Notes: generated by a model not told the origin, from the sequence alone. Counted from the first letter of the stretch, positions 46,780-61,110 are shown. The stretch: DNA of 64,000 nt from Octopus vulgaris (GCA_951406725.2 OX597817.1:130758001-130822000); one strand, 5' to 3'. Numbers and translations are program-made.

Positions 46780-47680
46780 TTCAGTGAATTAACTGACACT
46801 TTATTGGTTTGCTTTCATCTGTTGCTCATAATGAATATATTTTTACTGTGGTAGATGAATATTCTAGAAGACGTCCTGTTGTTCGTCCATATGCAGACAT
46901 TAGTATTTCAACAACCATCTTTGTTGAATACTATCAATACTCCGTATTCCAGCGACGTGTATTTAAATATAGGCTGCTGCATCGTGTCAAGCAATTTGTA
47001 ATAAATAGTTTCCTATTAAAATTGTTGCCTCTAGTAAGACATGCGCGTATGATGCCACGATACAATTGTTTTCTTTGGAAAGCTATGGAACTTGCTTGCC
47101 ACTCCAAAAGTTAAACGTGAAACATGGACCTCACTCAATCTGCTTCCTGTTTTTTACAGCATCTAATGTAACTCCCCATCAAAGAATGTCCAATTATTCC
47201 GGACAATCTATAAATGAGACATCAATTCCAACTTGGTTGAGTAACCCAGGTCCTGTTTTTCTGAAATGCTGTGTTCAGTCCCAATATGATCCTTTAGTGA
47301 ATGAGGTTGAATATATTGAATCAACCGCCTGCTCAATATGCCCAAATCTGATATTCAAAAGTTCATGGAAGTAATACCTCTCTTTGCAGTCTATCACCTT
47401 GCAAAGTTCCCAACAGGATACTGAAAATCAAATGATCATTCATATTTCAAGAGTCGATAAATCTGAGTCGAATTCAATCCCAATTGAGTCTTCTCCAAAT
47501 AATTCTTCTGATTAGTTCTCAATGAACTCTAGATTCGATCAATTCCCCTGAGCCTATTCTGTTATTATTACATCAGTTTCAGTGAGAGAAGTCACCTCCA
47601 GTTTGGCGTGACTTGTGAATATTCATTTTCTGGTAAATTTCATTAGAAGAATTCTCTCTTCTTGGCTGGAGAGAATATGA
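46780..47680 (+). mobile_element. Gypsy-like LTR retrotransposon integrase relic
   Basis: YIFTVVDEYSR, NVTPHQRM, PTWLSNPGPVFLK..DPLVNEVE; purine tract followed by TG near 47665-47680. Confidence 0.6.
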
Positions 47681-48514
47681 TATGATTCATCAGTGTCATC
47701 TATTTAGTCTTTCACGGAAGCATCTAGAGACATATGTCATGTGATTAAGACTTCATTCTAATATTTGTTATATCGAGTTGAAATTATCTGCTTTTTACAC
47801 AAAGATCCTAACAATATTTGTTTCAAGAAAAACCTATCTCAAATTCTTACGGTGGAATAAACAAGACGTATTCTGGTTATTAATTTTGTTTCTTTGCAGT
47901 AAACTTAGTAAAAACGTGAGACAAACATAGTCATTAGCTCATCTGTTTACTCTTAAACAACAACATCTTTTAGTCCCCTTCTTGCCAAAGACAAAATCAA
48001 CTCTATTGTGTATTATTAATTATCCATTTTACCAATCATTCTAACCTCGATTTCATTAAATTACATGAATATATTTAATCGAATTATTTTACAGTTAACA
48101 GTTCAAATGGAATTTAGGAATGGAACCTGTTCTCAGTCATTCTGACATACAAAGGCTCAAGTGAAGGTAAAATTTACAGAAATCAATTAGGTATTGTTAT
48201 TTTCTACTCACCCTCTTGCCACCAATTGCTTCCTAACTGCTTTCGGGAGATCCTTTTCCTCCAGTTCTTTAGTATCTGAAGTAAATATCTCCATGTTATA
48301 TATTTTATAGTGAAATTCCTTAATTTTTATTAATAATCTATATTTTATTATCGTAAGATATTCGTATCATCAATGGTGAAATGGGAACCACAACTGTTTT
48401 TCCCCACATTTTTAATCGTTTTACAATGGTACAAAAAATAGCTCAAATTTCAGGTCTACCACAGAACAGACTAAACTTCCTAAATCTCATTTTTGTTATC
48501 AAGGCATCCTACAT

Positions 48515-49778
48515 ATGAAAGTCGGTTGAAAGGTTCATAGACTGACAAAGATACTCTCACGGAATGTAAGCAAATGAGAGGATATTTTCAACACAATCAA
48601 CCTTGTGGTCCACGCGCCTCTTCCATTGGTATTTCAGTTCTTGAATCCCATCGGTAAACACGATTCCATCCTGTTACTTCAAAACGTCATCAGCAGCAAA
48701 TATGATGTCATCGTCGCTGCGATGACGATTCCCAACCGAGTATTTTTGAAAGTTGATGGACAAACGATAGTCAGATGGGGGTAAATCAGGGGAAGAAGGA
48801 AGGTGATCAACTTGGTCAAAACCAGGGTTATGCACAACAGCCATTGAAGGCAAGGACGTATCTGCTGGGGCATTGTATTGATGATACAAAACCCTTTGCA
48901 TTAGTTTCCTTGGGCATTTGGTCTCGATAGTATTTTGTAACTGCTTCAGTAAGATGGTACAATACCCTCCATTGATGGCGTGGCCCTTCTGAAATTAGTC
49001 AATAAACGCAACGCCTTTTGTATCACAAAATATTGAGATTATCACTTTCTGTGCAGATGAACGATATTGGCTTTCTTTGGAGCAGGGGAGGAGGTGTGTT
49101 TCCACTGAATGGATTATTTCTGGCTTAAGGTGATGAATCCAGTACTCATCCTGCAATAGGAACGGCTCAAGGAAACCAGCTGGAACTGCTTCGCACAATG
49201 TCGAATTTAGTGTGATGTGACCAGCCGGGTGTGCTTTTGAACATGTGTCAGAAATGTTACTAAGCATAAACTATCGTCATGTCAAGTTCATTGTGCAGAA
49301 TATTTTTCAACCTCTCACAGAAAATGCTAATAGCATTGGCTATTTGATTTATAGTCGATCGCTTGTCATCCATCACCATGCAGTGAATATGTTAAATGTT
49401 TTCTTCGGTGGTGGACGTTGCAGGACGTCCAGAAATCGGGTGCTCTCCAAGGCTCTCCTAAATTCAGCTGCCAACGTTTGCACAGTTGATAAAGGTGGAG
49501 TGTCATCACCTAATATAGCAACGATGTTAACACGAATGCCCTTGGGGCTAAACCCTTTCTGCAGATACTTGATAACAACATGATACCACATTTTCTCCAT
49601 TCTCGAAATAGGTCGTTACTAGTCACACTTCAAGTCTTTGTACATTCAGATATCAGTTTACGTGGAATAAAATAATGCAGTTATTAATAAGAAGTGTTGA
49701 ACTTAATGCATGCGAGATTTCACATCCCTAGCGTCGCTCGTTCGTAGTCGCCCTATGATCATTTCAGCACACCCTTAT
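48515..49778 (-). mobile_element. Mariner transposon relic (~1.26 kb)
   Basis: HVVIKYL..LSTVQTLAAEFRR (HTH), QDEYWIHH, HQYNAPA, PSSPDLPPSDY (YSPDLAPSDY-like); degenerate terminal inverted repeats. Confidence 0.85.
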
Positions 49779-50279
49779 AAACTAATAGTGTTGCAATTAT
49801 CCAATCTAATTATCGCTTGATAACAATATTTTTCACTTAGATTTGTCTTAATTTGTTTTTACATTTGTACCAAATGTATGGCATAACATTGTCCTCTCAT
49901 TCTCTAGACCTCAATAACCAACATTCCTTTCACCTGCTTAATTCCATTGTAACAAAGATCTTGTCACAAACACATGGCGCATGATATCAAGGGTAAACAT
50001 ACACCTATTCTCTTTGTTAAAAGTGGTTGCTGGTAAACTTTGATTCTTACTGCCAACATCCCAGTTCGCAAGAATGCCATGTGATTCAGGAAATATTTGA
50101 AGACATTTGAATGTAGTGATAAGAGGTGTTTTAAAACACTTTACATTTGCATAAAACCACACCATTAACTACATATAACTGTTCATCCATACATTATTGC
50201 AAAGGAAAAGTATCTGAAATAGTACACAAGAATTGATGCTCAGGAATATATAAGCAAGGAGATCAAACTGGACGCGAGT

Positions 50280-50606
50280 TCGTAACTTATCTATCGCTTA
50301 TAACCCATCCTCTGTTTCTGCCATGATCTAAATAGATCTACTCATATTAGACAATGAGGTAGTGTACCATCGTCCTAAACTTTTAACAAGTTTCGCCGCT
50401 TTAACTTTCGGCTTGGTTTCTCTTGCTAGTTTGAACTTCACTTTCTTCTGCTGACCTTCATCAAATGAAAGACTGCATTAATTATTTGCCTTAAAACACA
50501 TTCTTGACCAAGTAATTAGTCCATCCTGTCTATCCAGGATGATTTGTATATCATTAGTATTGTTATATCATCCATTAATGCCTTCTTCGGTGATTTTACT
50601 CGAGCC
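50280..50606 (-). mobile_element. R2/HERO-like non-LTR RT fragment
   Basis: Manual translation KKALMDDITIL, then after a frameshift GLITWSRMCFK..VKSLGRWY. Confidence 0.6.
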
Positions 50607-50742
50607 ATTTCTTCTGATATATAAAAGTAAGAAAAACATAATTCACCTGTTTACACTTAAACTCTTAAGCTAAGATACTCTCTCGTTATTTTGATCGCTT
50701 CATTCATTCACTCATAGATCTAACATGTTTTATTACTAATAT

Positions 50743-51108
50743 GTGGACGTGCATTGGCTCAGTGGTTAGGGCAGTAGGCTCCCGGTCGTGGGATCGCGGT
50801 TTCGATTCCCAGATCGGGCGTTGTGAATGTTTATTGAGCGAAAACACCCAGAGGCTCCGGCAGGGGGTTGTTGTGAACCATGCTACATTCTTTCACCACA
50901 ACTTTCTCATTCTTTCTTCCTGTTTCTGTTGTACCTGTATTTTAAAGGGCCAGCCTTGTCACACTCTGTGTCATGCTCAATCTCCCCGAGAACTACATTA
51001 TGGGTACACGTGTCTGTGGAGTGCTCAGCCACATGCACGTTAATTTCAAAAGGGGGCTGTTCCGTTGATCGGATCAACTGGAACCCTCGACGATGGAATG
51101 CCACGACG
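50743..51108 (+). mobile_element. tRNA-derived SINE (family of 23296)
   Basis: Homologous to 23296-23678; apparent TSD actaatatgt at 50735 and 51109. Confidence 0.88.
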
Positions 51109-52099
51109 ACTAATATGTACTTTCGTAAATTAATTATTTAAATTGACTTTTCAATATATATATAACTTCCAAATCCTAATCTCTCCTTCTCTCAGCCTTA
51201 GATTTTCTCCTTAATCCTTCATGTAATTTCCTTGGTTTCTTTCACCCTGCGTTTTCATGTTGGCTAAATATTTTGTCGTACTATCTCTTAATCCCAGCTT
51301 CTTTTTCCTCCATATTTTCATGTTGGCTAGTATTTTTCGTACAATTCCTTAAAGAATCCTTCATTTCCACTACAGATTCTTACTGCTATCTCTACTGCCC
51401 ACGGCGAAAATGCCCATTCATAACGTCCACTTCCAGCCGTAGTGTATATAAAATACATTTTACACCTGTTTCACTCTCATACATTCACGCGGCTCATTCC
51501 AGTGTTCGGTTATTATTGACACCCACGTTAGGCACGGCTAACCTAAGATATTCTCTCGTTATTGAAGTCTCTCCAAACTGAAATTTCTCCAAAGCTTTAG
51601 CTTCTTTACTCCTGTTTTCATGTTGGCTAAATATTTTTTGTATTATCCCTTAATCTGTGCTTGTTCGCGATGCGCCTGCCATTCCCGTCCCCAACATCAA
51701 TACCGGATATCTAGCTTCTCTCCCCGGAAACCTCCTCCTCACTTGTGCTCTCCTCTATTATACCTGCAATCCCACCTCTCACTCTCCCCCAGGACTGACG
51801 CAATCAGTTTAGCAGTCCACCAACTTAATCTAACATTAGCATATTGATATTCATATTTACTTTTTATTTATTTCTATTTACATCTGCAGCACCAGTAATG
51901 CTTATATTCACAATGCTCATAGCACTTATACTTACAATGTCGCTAACACTTACGCTTACTCCCAATAGGGGTAACAATCTTAACATGCTTGAATGTTTGA
52001 ATGAAGAGAGGTCAAAAGTGAAAACAGGTGTAGCATGTCTGTCAAACGAATACGGAAACCTTCTTTTCAGGCACTGAACAACAACTCCACTTCCCAGTC

Positions 52100-55000
52100 T
52101 CCTCCCACATTCATTTCCCAGTTTTTAGAGTTGGCACTATCAATATAGGCACATTGAAATGTAGGTCTAGTAAGACTGCAGAGATGCTTGAACGGAAACG
52201 TGTTGATCTATGCTGCATACAAGAGGTAAGGTTGAGAGAAGCTTCAGCCAGGGTCCTCACAGGCAAAGCATATATGTATAAAATCTTCTGGGAAGGTAAC
52301 AGTGTCGGAGCAGGGGTGTAGGCGTACTCATTGCAGAGAAATAGGTGGATAAGGTGAGAGATGTAGTCACAGAGTGCGATAGAGTGCTTAAGCTTAAGCT
52401 TGTATTGCAGAATAGTATAGCTATAATTATCTCTACCTACGCCCCACAAGCAGGCCTACCAAATAATCAGAAGGACCACTTTTATGATATCCTTCTACAG
52501 GCTAGCTCAAAGACGAATGACAATGACCTCGTCTTTGTAGCTGGAGATTTTAATGAGGATGTCGGAAGGCAATCTAGTATTTTCCATAGTGTCCATGGGG
52601 GCCATGGAACTGGTTCCCGAAACAAAGAGGAAACTACTAGGCTACTGGGATCCTGTGAGGCAAGCAATTTATTAATCTTCAACACCAACTTTAGGAAGCC
52701 AGTCACCTGATAACCTATCAATCAGGCGACTCTGCTAGCCAGATTGGTTTCGTCATCATCAGACAGCTGGATGCATAGTTGCTCTTAAATACAAAAACAC
52801 CGCTTGGTGAAGAATGTACCCCACCAACATACACTAGTCATCAGTGACTTCAGGCTCGAGGCCAGAAGGATGCCAATAAGCAAACCAATCCAGAAAAGAA
52901 GGATTTGGTAGCTTAAGAACCCTTCTCATGGTCAGAGATTTAGGGACATCCTCATTGAGAAATTTCCTGAGAGGGAGGAGCAGCTACAGATTTGTGACAT
53001 AGAGGGTAACTGAAAATTCCTGTGTGACAGCTTACTGAGCACAACAGATCTAAAATCTGTGGTTGGAGCAAAGTCCCTTCCAGACCATACGATAACGTGG
53101 TGGTGGATTAATACTGTAGATATGGCCATCAGAGTAAAGAAAGAGGCCTGGAAAGCCTGGAAGAATTGTGGTAGCAGGGTACTGTACCAGATAGCCCGAA
53201 GAGAGGCTAGGAGACAAGTATATATAGTCAAGGAAGAAGAAGAAGAAAAGAAGTTTACCAATGCTAAGCGACGTGAGGACCAATGAACTGTAGTTCTTCG
53301 GATTAAAAGACAGTGTGTGAGAGAGAATTGTTATGTCACACGCTAGAAGCGTATCCGCATGAATGATGGAGCACTTGTATTTAATGATTCTGCAAAGAAA
53401 GAGGCTTTGAGATGCCATTAGGAAAGACTGCTGATCGTGGAGAATGAGTGGGAGGAAGAAAGCCTATCAAATTGTGACCCAGCTGAGGGACCAGCTACCC
53501 GAATTGATAGCACTCTGGTAGATAAAGCAATTAAGGATATGAAGTCAGGGAATGCCCCCGCCACCGGTCCATCAGGAGTCACTGCTGAAATGCTTAAAAT
53601 GTCTGGTTGTGTGGGTTATAGTCTAGTCACCCGTATTGTAAATCAAGCAGTTCACGAAACGGTCATACTCAATGACTGGTGTAGCAGCACCATAGACAGC
53701 TGCTACAAAGCTCAAGGTGATGCTTTAGACAGATATAATTACAGGGGTAGCAAATTGCTGGATCAGGTGATGAAGGTCACGGAGAGGGTCATAGCAAAAT
53801 TAATTAAGGAGAGAGTTAGCCTAGATGAGATGCAGTTTGGTTCTGTGCCAGGTAGAAGCACCACTGATGCTATATTTCCGGTAAGGCAACTACAGGAGAA
53901 ATACCTAACCGAAGATAAACCTCTGTACTTGTATTTTGTTGACTTGGAAAAAGACTTTTACAAGGTCTCCTGATCCCTTATCTGGTGGCTAATGCGCAAA
54001 CTAGGGATAGACGAGCGGTTAGTAAGAGCTGAACAGGCCCTGTACAGGGATGCTGTTAGTAAGGTGAGGATCGGCAACGAGTATAGGGAAGAATTCCAGG
54101 TAGAGGTAGATTTCACCAAGGATCAGTCCCAAGCCCCCTCTTATTCGTTATAGTACACCAGGCAATAACAGAGGAATTCAAGACTTCCCCTGGGAGCTCT
54201 TCTATGCTGATGACCTTACTCTCATAGCTGAACCACTCCGAGAACTAGAGAAGAAATTTCTGGTGTGGAAGCAAAATCTAAAATCAATGGGTTTGGGAGT
54301 CAATGTAGCAAAAACCAAAGTCCTAGTAAGTAGGAAGACGGGGAAATCATAAACCCCCTTCAGGTAGATGGCCCTGCTCGATCTGTAGAAAAGGTGTAGG
54401 TAGAAACTCCATAAGATGTACCCAGTGTAAGCTATGGACGAATACAAGGTGCAGCAATATCAAAGGAATGTTAACCGGGATGATAGTTTTTATGTACGGT
54501 AGATGCACAGGGGTAATAAACAGCGAAGTGGTTCAGAAAACAGATTACATCACATACTAGGGGGAGAAACTAGAAGTAGTTGATAGTTTCCGCTTCCTAG
54601 GTGACCAAGTATGTAGTGGGGTGGATGCTCTGAGAGTGTTGCCACTGGGCAAAGTTCAGAAAGCTCCTACCGCTGCTGGGGACAAAGGGCATCTCGCTCA
54701 GAGTGACAGGTTGACTGTATGAAGCACGTGTGCGAACTACCATTCTACACGGAACTGAAACATGGCTCATGACTGTTGAGGACACTTAGGCTTGAAAGAA
54801 ATGAAGCTAGTATGATCTACTGAATGTGTAATGTCAGTGTGCACACACGACAGAGTGTAAGCGTCTAGCGAGAAATGTTGAACATAAGAAGCATTAGATG
54901 AGGTGTACAAGAGAGACAGCTGTACTGGTATGGTCATGTGCTGCGTATGGATAAGTAGAGCTGTGTGACAAAGTGTCACACCCTAACAGTGGAAGAAACC

Positions 55001-55620
55001 CGTGGACGAGGGGAAACCCAGGAAGATATGGGATGAGGTGAAGCACGGCCTTCGAACATTATGCTTCACAGAGGCAATGACAAGAGATCGGGATCTTTGG
55101 TGATATGCTGTGATTGAGAAGAGCTGGCAAGTAAAGTGAGATCACAGCTGTAGCCTATATCAGTGCTGCATAACCAGCCCATTTAAAAAGTACCCTTGAA
55201 TCGTCGGGCGACATGCTGTGCTTGAGTCAAGTTAAATCAAAATCGAAATCAAATGAAAATTGTAGTTGTGGCCGATGCCAGTGCTGCCTGACTGGCACCC
55301 GTGCTGGTGACACGTAATAAGTACCATTCAATCATGGTCCGACGCTAGTGCTGCCTGACTGGCTCACCGTGTCGGTGGCACGTAAAGACAGCAACCGAAC
55401 GAGGTCGATGCCAGCCCCACCCCCCTACCCTGATTGGCTCCTGTGACGGTGGCATGTAAAAAGGACCCACTACACTCTTGGAATGGTCCACATTAGGAAG
55501 GGCATTAAGAGGTGAAAACCTTGCCAGATCAGATTGGAGCTGGAGCAGCCTCTTGGCTTGCCATTCCTTTGTGAAACCGTCCAACCCATGCCAGGATGGA
55601 AAACAGACGTTAAGCGATGA
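52100..55620 (+). mobile_element. RTE-clade LINE, decayed (APE plus RT) with 3' tail
   Basis: VDLCCIQEVR, ISTYAPQAG, VAGDFN, QFGSVPGRSTTDAIF, LYFVDLEK, YADD at ~54203; many stops. Confidence 0.9.
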
Positions 55621-55631
55621 TTTATATATAT

Positions 55632-56001
55632 ATTCTCTTTCTCTGCTTTACTTGTTTGACTGTGGCCATGCTGGAGCACCACTTTTAGTCGAGCAAATCG
55701 ACCCCAGAACTTATTCTTTGAAAGCTTAGTACTTATTCTATCGATCTTTTGCGAACCGCTAGATTACGGGGATATAAACACATCACCATCGGTTGTCAAG
55801 CGATATTAGGGGGACAAATACAAACACACAAACATATACACACGCATGCATATATGTATATACGATGGGCTTCTTTCAGTTTCCGTCCACCAAATCCACG
55901 CACAAGGCTTTGGTCGGCCGAGGCTATAGCAGAAGACAGTTGCCCAAGTTGCCACGCAGTGGGAATGAATCAGTAACCATGTGGTTGGTAAGCAAGCTAC
56001 T
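55632..56001 (-). mobile_element. tRNA-derived SINE, 5'-truncated
   Basis: Reverse complement of the 42582 family. Confidence 0.82.
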
Positions 56002-56258
56002 TTATTTCATTTTATTGGCTATGAAAGCCGTACATAGAGAGAGTAGCTGCGAACTGGACAAGGATATGATGATGATGAAATGAAATTTTACATCAGTACT
56101 AGAGACTAAAATAATTGCATTGCTTCTCTTCGGTTTTTAAATTTTGTATTTTTTATTGCCGGCGAAGGGTGTCTGCTGCGCAGTTGGTTTTGGAAAAAAA
56201 TAGGATGTATAAACAAGAGGCATGTAGTTTGATCGCCTCGTGTTTTTAACCCAAGGTG

Positions 56259-56340
56259 TTCCTGCTGAGGACGATTTCACCTAGCGAGTATATGTTATTT
56301 TATTTGCTAAACTAAAATCAGAAACCAATTGGTCCAGGAA
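56259..56340 (+). ncRNA. Type I hammerhead ribozyme
   Basis: UUCCUG-CUGAGGA-long stem II (gauuu/aaauc)-GAAA-CCAAUUG-GUC-CAGGAA; palindromic ACCAAUUGGU stem III; predicted cleavage after C56334. Confidence 0.82.
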
Positions 56341-56637
56341 ACTAGATGGTAAAATGTTTTTATTTTTTCATTTCGTTCCTGTCGAATTTTATCCCTAATT
56401 TTGTGGTTATGGAACCTAGCTGTTCTTTCTAGCGTGTTGAATCCCACGAGCGGATTCCTCATGTGTTTAAATGTACACTGTAATATATTTATATATATAT
56501 ATAGTAGAGCTTCATATATAGTAAACCTTACAAAGTTCCTGACGATGAATTTGTCATATTTACATACCGAAATTTACCGGTAAATAATTGTTGGTTACAT
56601 GAAAAACCACAGAAAAATTATTTACCATTTTTATTGC

Positions 56638-56684
<47 letters not shown>

Positions 56685-56686
<2 letters not shown>

Positions 56687-57412
56687 CAATAAGGTTAAAT
56701 TAATTAATCAATTTATAATTAATAATTTTACTAAGTAGTTCGGTATGTTAAAAGAACCATTTTCGGTAAACTTATGCAAAAATTTTATAATTATGAGCAT
56801 AATTGCAATAAGGGTTCAGCAAAATTGCTTCACCACATACAGAAATTTAGAAATATCAGTTAAATACCATTCTACTACCATAAGATATCTCTCAGAAAGC
56901 AATACTCCCAACTCACGCAGGCAAAGAGAAAAAATAACGAATCAACCCGGCTTTGATTAACTATATACGCATTTCTGGATTAAAGATATGTAAAATTATT
57001 ACTACCCTATTTCCCTCTTCAGTATAGTATTTCAATTATAAATTTGAGAGCACTAATAATTAAGATAAGCATTCGACCAAGCGCCATCGAACAGATTAAC
57101 ATCCAAAAAAACAGTACTTCCGAATTTATACAAACGAGTTAGAGCTCGCATCCTTCCCCGCAGAAACTGCAGTTTACTATCAGGGAGTGAATTATATTAT
57201 CAATAATAATAAAGGGTAAAATTAATTAATCAATTTACAATTAATAATTCTAAAAGAACCATTATCGGTAAACTTACACAAAAATGTTATGGTTATGAGC
57301 ATAGTTATACACTAGCGAAAATAAATTTAATTTTCACTAGTGTAATTAGGGTTCAGCAAAATTGCTTCACCGCATACCGAAATTTAGAAATAGCAGTTAA
57401 ATACCATTCTAC
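56685..57412 (-). mobile_element. Retrozyme/Penelope-like partial tandem repeat (~520-bp period)
   Basis: 56685-56877 repeats at ~57205-57412; contains an HHR; related to 28020-28260. Confidence 0.7.
56960..57028 (-). ncRNA. Type I hammerhead motif
   Basis: Minus strand ACUAUA-CUGAAGA-g-GGA..UCC-a-GAAA-UGC-GUA-UAUAGU. Confidence 0.75.
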
Positions 57413-58105
57413 TAATTTTGCTTAACCCTAATTATAATTATACTCATTATTATAAAATATTTGAATATATATATATATGTATGTAGGTATGTATGCATAT
57501 ATATAATATACATATACATATATATATATACATACGCGCATACACACACATACACACAAAATATTTGTGTGTGTCTATGTGTATATATGTATGTGTATAT
57601 ATATTTATATCTATATATACGTGTGTGCGTGTGTGTGTATGTGTGTATTATCATTTTCATTAGTATGTCTGCTTTCTTTGCTGGCAATTGTTGGCTCTCT
57701 CCTGGAACTGAGCAGTGGACTCTGTCTCTGTTGTCCATTTTTATTTATATATATATACACATACAAACCTGTGTATATCTTTATATACACAAACGCACAT
57801 TTATACATTTCGATAGTGAGAGTAAACAGTAAGAGACGGTTAAATTACAACAAAACAAATTAATTAGTTATATACATAGAAACCATTTTTCATATTAGTG
57901 ACATCAACACATTCCTCACTATGTGTCAGCAATTCTTCATCTTATATTTTTCTACGATGGAGAGGAACAATTGCTTGTTTGCTTCATGTTCTTCAACTAG
58001 ATTTTGTATTGCACAGCATTATATATCAGTTATAATAAGATGCGTTTCATATACTGGATATAAATATATCGTTATCAACAAAATTCCAGTTATATATACA
58101 TACAT

Positions 58106-58216
<111 letters not shown>

Positions 58217-58379
58217 GAAATATGTTACAAAAGGAAAATAGAATCTACACGTAGAAATGTAAGGGGAAAGTAGGAAGAATTATAAGCGAAAATGCATATT
58301 GGAAATAAAAACAAGTAAAGGCATTTTACGAAAAGTAACGATAGATATATACAATTAGATGAACTGAGGTAGGAATAAA

Positions 58380-60022
58380 AGTAATAAAAGTCATTATTCT
58401 GAATTGTTAAAGAGATTCAAAAGCATACCGGTTTCATGAATTTTCTAATCATTGGTTTGAGTGCACATCGATTAATGAACGGTCTCAGGTCTATTAGTCC
58501 CTGAGTAAAGCGATTATGTGTAAGGGAGGTAAGTCGTTCTGGATTTGGTGCAATTAGGGTAGATATAGATCTGTAATGTGAATGGTGTATGGGATGTATG
58601 GATGTTAGTAGTATTAATTGAAAGGTTAGTAGTGTTCTGTATTATGTTATGTGTTCATATTGAGTTGTGGAAGATATTTATTGATGAAAGTTGCCTCTTC
58701 ATTCTTTGTTTGTACTGAGGTGTTCTCTGAACATTGATAGAAGGAGAAAATTAGGAAATTAGGATTAAGATTCCTAGGACACCTGTATCTGTCTGTATTG
58801 TTGGTGGCGGATATGTTCTTTGTGGAGAGTGGTTCTTCGATGTAGTGATATTCCTGTTTGGCCAATATAATTATGACCACTCACTAAGCATGTAATGGCA
58901 TAGACAAAATTTTCCGAGGCACAGGTGAAATTTGATTTGATCTTAAATATTTTAACTTGTTTAAAGTGGAATTCTGAATCCTCCAAAAGGTGGGGGCATG
59001 TTCCACACATAGGACGACCACATTTTTTCACTTTTGGTTCTGTTGTTAATGGATATAGTCTTGAACTGGTTAATATTTTTTCAATGATTTGGGTTGCAGT
59101 CTGCTCTTGATTATTTTGTGTGAGCCTAAAATTTTGTTCATTGTTTTATGTCCTGTGAGGATAGGAAGACTTTGGATGATAATGTTAACGGCTTCGTTGT
59201 TTTTAGGGTTATGTGTGGAGATGTATGTGAGTATTTTTAAGTCTGATGTAGTATTTCGGTTGACGTCCCTTAATGTTCGTATATCTCTTTCCATAAATCG
59301 TTTAATGCCATCATTTATTAAAGATATATTAAAGATATTGGGTAATGTCTTTTGAGAAGTATTATCTGAGTTCAAGGAGTCTTTGTTCACGAGAATAGGT
59401 GTCCGAAACTATGGTACAGATTCTTTTCGCTAGATTATAAGGTATATTAATTTTGATGTGTTTGGGTAGCATGAGTTGAATAATATGTATTGTTTATAAT
59501 CTGTGGGTTTAGAGGAGATGTCTGTTTCGATGTGGTTATTGACCATTTTGATTAGGATTTCAAGAAAAGAGAGTTGTTTATTGCTGTGCTCCATGGTGAA
59601 TTGTATGTTGCTATTAATATTGTTAAGCATTATTTTGAAATCGAGGATTTTGTCCATGCTGTCCTTCCAAAGTATAAAGCAATCGTGCAAATTCCTCTTC
59701 CAGTTCTCCCTTAAATAGCAATGAAATAAGGTGCCATATTTTTGTAGTGATGATTGATATATTTTAAGCTCTAGTAACCCATTACAAGGTTCGCAATCAC
59801 TGGAGCAGCTCGGGTTTCCGTTGCAATTCCACATTTTTGTCGATAGTAATCTGTATCGAACATGAAATAGTTGTTCAGTAGTATGAATTAGAGTACTTCG
59901 ATTATGAATCTGTGGTAAATGCGTCCTGGGATCTCTTCTTGGTGTTTTTCTAGCAAGAAAGTAATCGCTTCTATACCATAATCGTGTGGGATATTGTGGT
60001 ACAAATTCACCACATCGAATGA

Positions 60023-60025
<3 letters not shown>
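58380..60025 (-). mobile_element. Penelope-like element (RT plus GIY-YIG endonuclease), 5'-truncated and decayed
   Basis: LHDCFILW..NIQFTME..LSFLEILI..SKPTD (PLE RT/thumb); KCGRPMCGTC linker; NFVYAITC..YIGQT..RTTLH (GIY-YIG). Bounded by (TA)n. Confidence 0.9.
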
Positions 60026-60117
<92 letters not shown>

Positions 60118-60231
60118 ATGTATGTATGTATGTATGTATGTATATATATATATATATATTCTAGAATTATAAACATAATTATAATTAGGAGGCAGCTAAT
60201 TGCTTCGCCACATTGCTTCACCATATACATT

Positions 60232-60560
60232 ATCATCATCATCATCATCATCATCGTTAAACATCCGTTTTCCATGCTAGCATGAGTTGGATGGTTCGAC
60301 CGGGGTCTGGGAAGCAGGAGGCTGTACCAGGCTCCAGTCTGATCTGGCAGTGATTCTATGCTGGATGCCCTTCCTAAAGCCAACCACTCCGTGAATGTAG
60401 TAGAGGCTGGCAACGGCCACGATCGGTTGTTGCTTTTTACGTGCCACCGGCACGGAAGCCAGTCAAAGCAGCGCTGGCATCGGCTACCTTCGGATAGTGC
60501 TTTTTACGTGCCACCGGCACAGGTATCACAATTACAATTTCCATTTGATTTTGATTTTGA
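60232..60560 (-). mobile_element. Non-autonomous repeat with RTE-associated tail
   Basis: Reverse complement of the 40070 and 55260 tails with a (CAT)n end. Confidence 0.72.
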
Positions 60561-61110
60561 CGGTCGAGTTCAGTGTTTTCCGAGAACTGTCACGCTTTTT
60601 GGGAGTGCAACATCTGCACACGACCAGTTTCCACCCGGCTTCTAACGAGATGGTGGAACGATTCCACCTTCAGCTAAAAGCAGCCCTGGGTGCATCACCT
60701 CGGGTACCTACCTATCGTCCTTTTAGGTTGTCAGTCCTCCGTTAAAGTGGATATGGGTTTTACTTCCGCTGAGCTACTTTATGGAGTACCGTTATCTTTG
60801 CCTGGCCAGCTGTTTGCCTGGCACCTACAGACACATCTAACCAAAATCTATGTACGTCAACCGAATGCGGTCGTACTTTGCAAATATTCAACCTACGAAC
60901 ATCGTCCTCAAACAGAGTAATTTGCATCCCCCTCCCCGAACAACATTGCTTCGTGGACCCACGTCTCCTTACAAAATGACTCTGTGGGGGTCACCTCACA
61001 CTACCATATAAAGGACCTTATCGAGTCCTCACACAAACTGACAAACGTTTCATTATAGACGTTAATGGAAGAAAAGAAACTGTTTGTATACAGACTTGAA
61101 AAGGTGTTTT
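60561..61110 (+). mobile_element. Gypsy integrase fragment
   Basis: FRELSRFLGVQHLHTTSFHPASNEMVERFHLQLKAAL, SAELLYG, PYKGPYRVL (GPY/F motif). Confidence 0.8.

Noticed and set aside
59430-60413. 327-aa ORF as a real protein
   Set aside because: Chimeric read-through of a repeat tail, microsatellites and a Penelope RT fragment.
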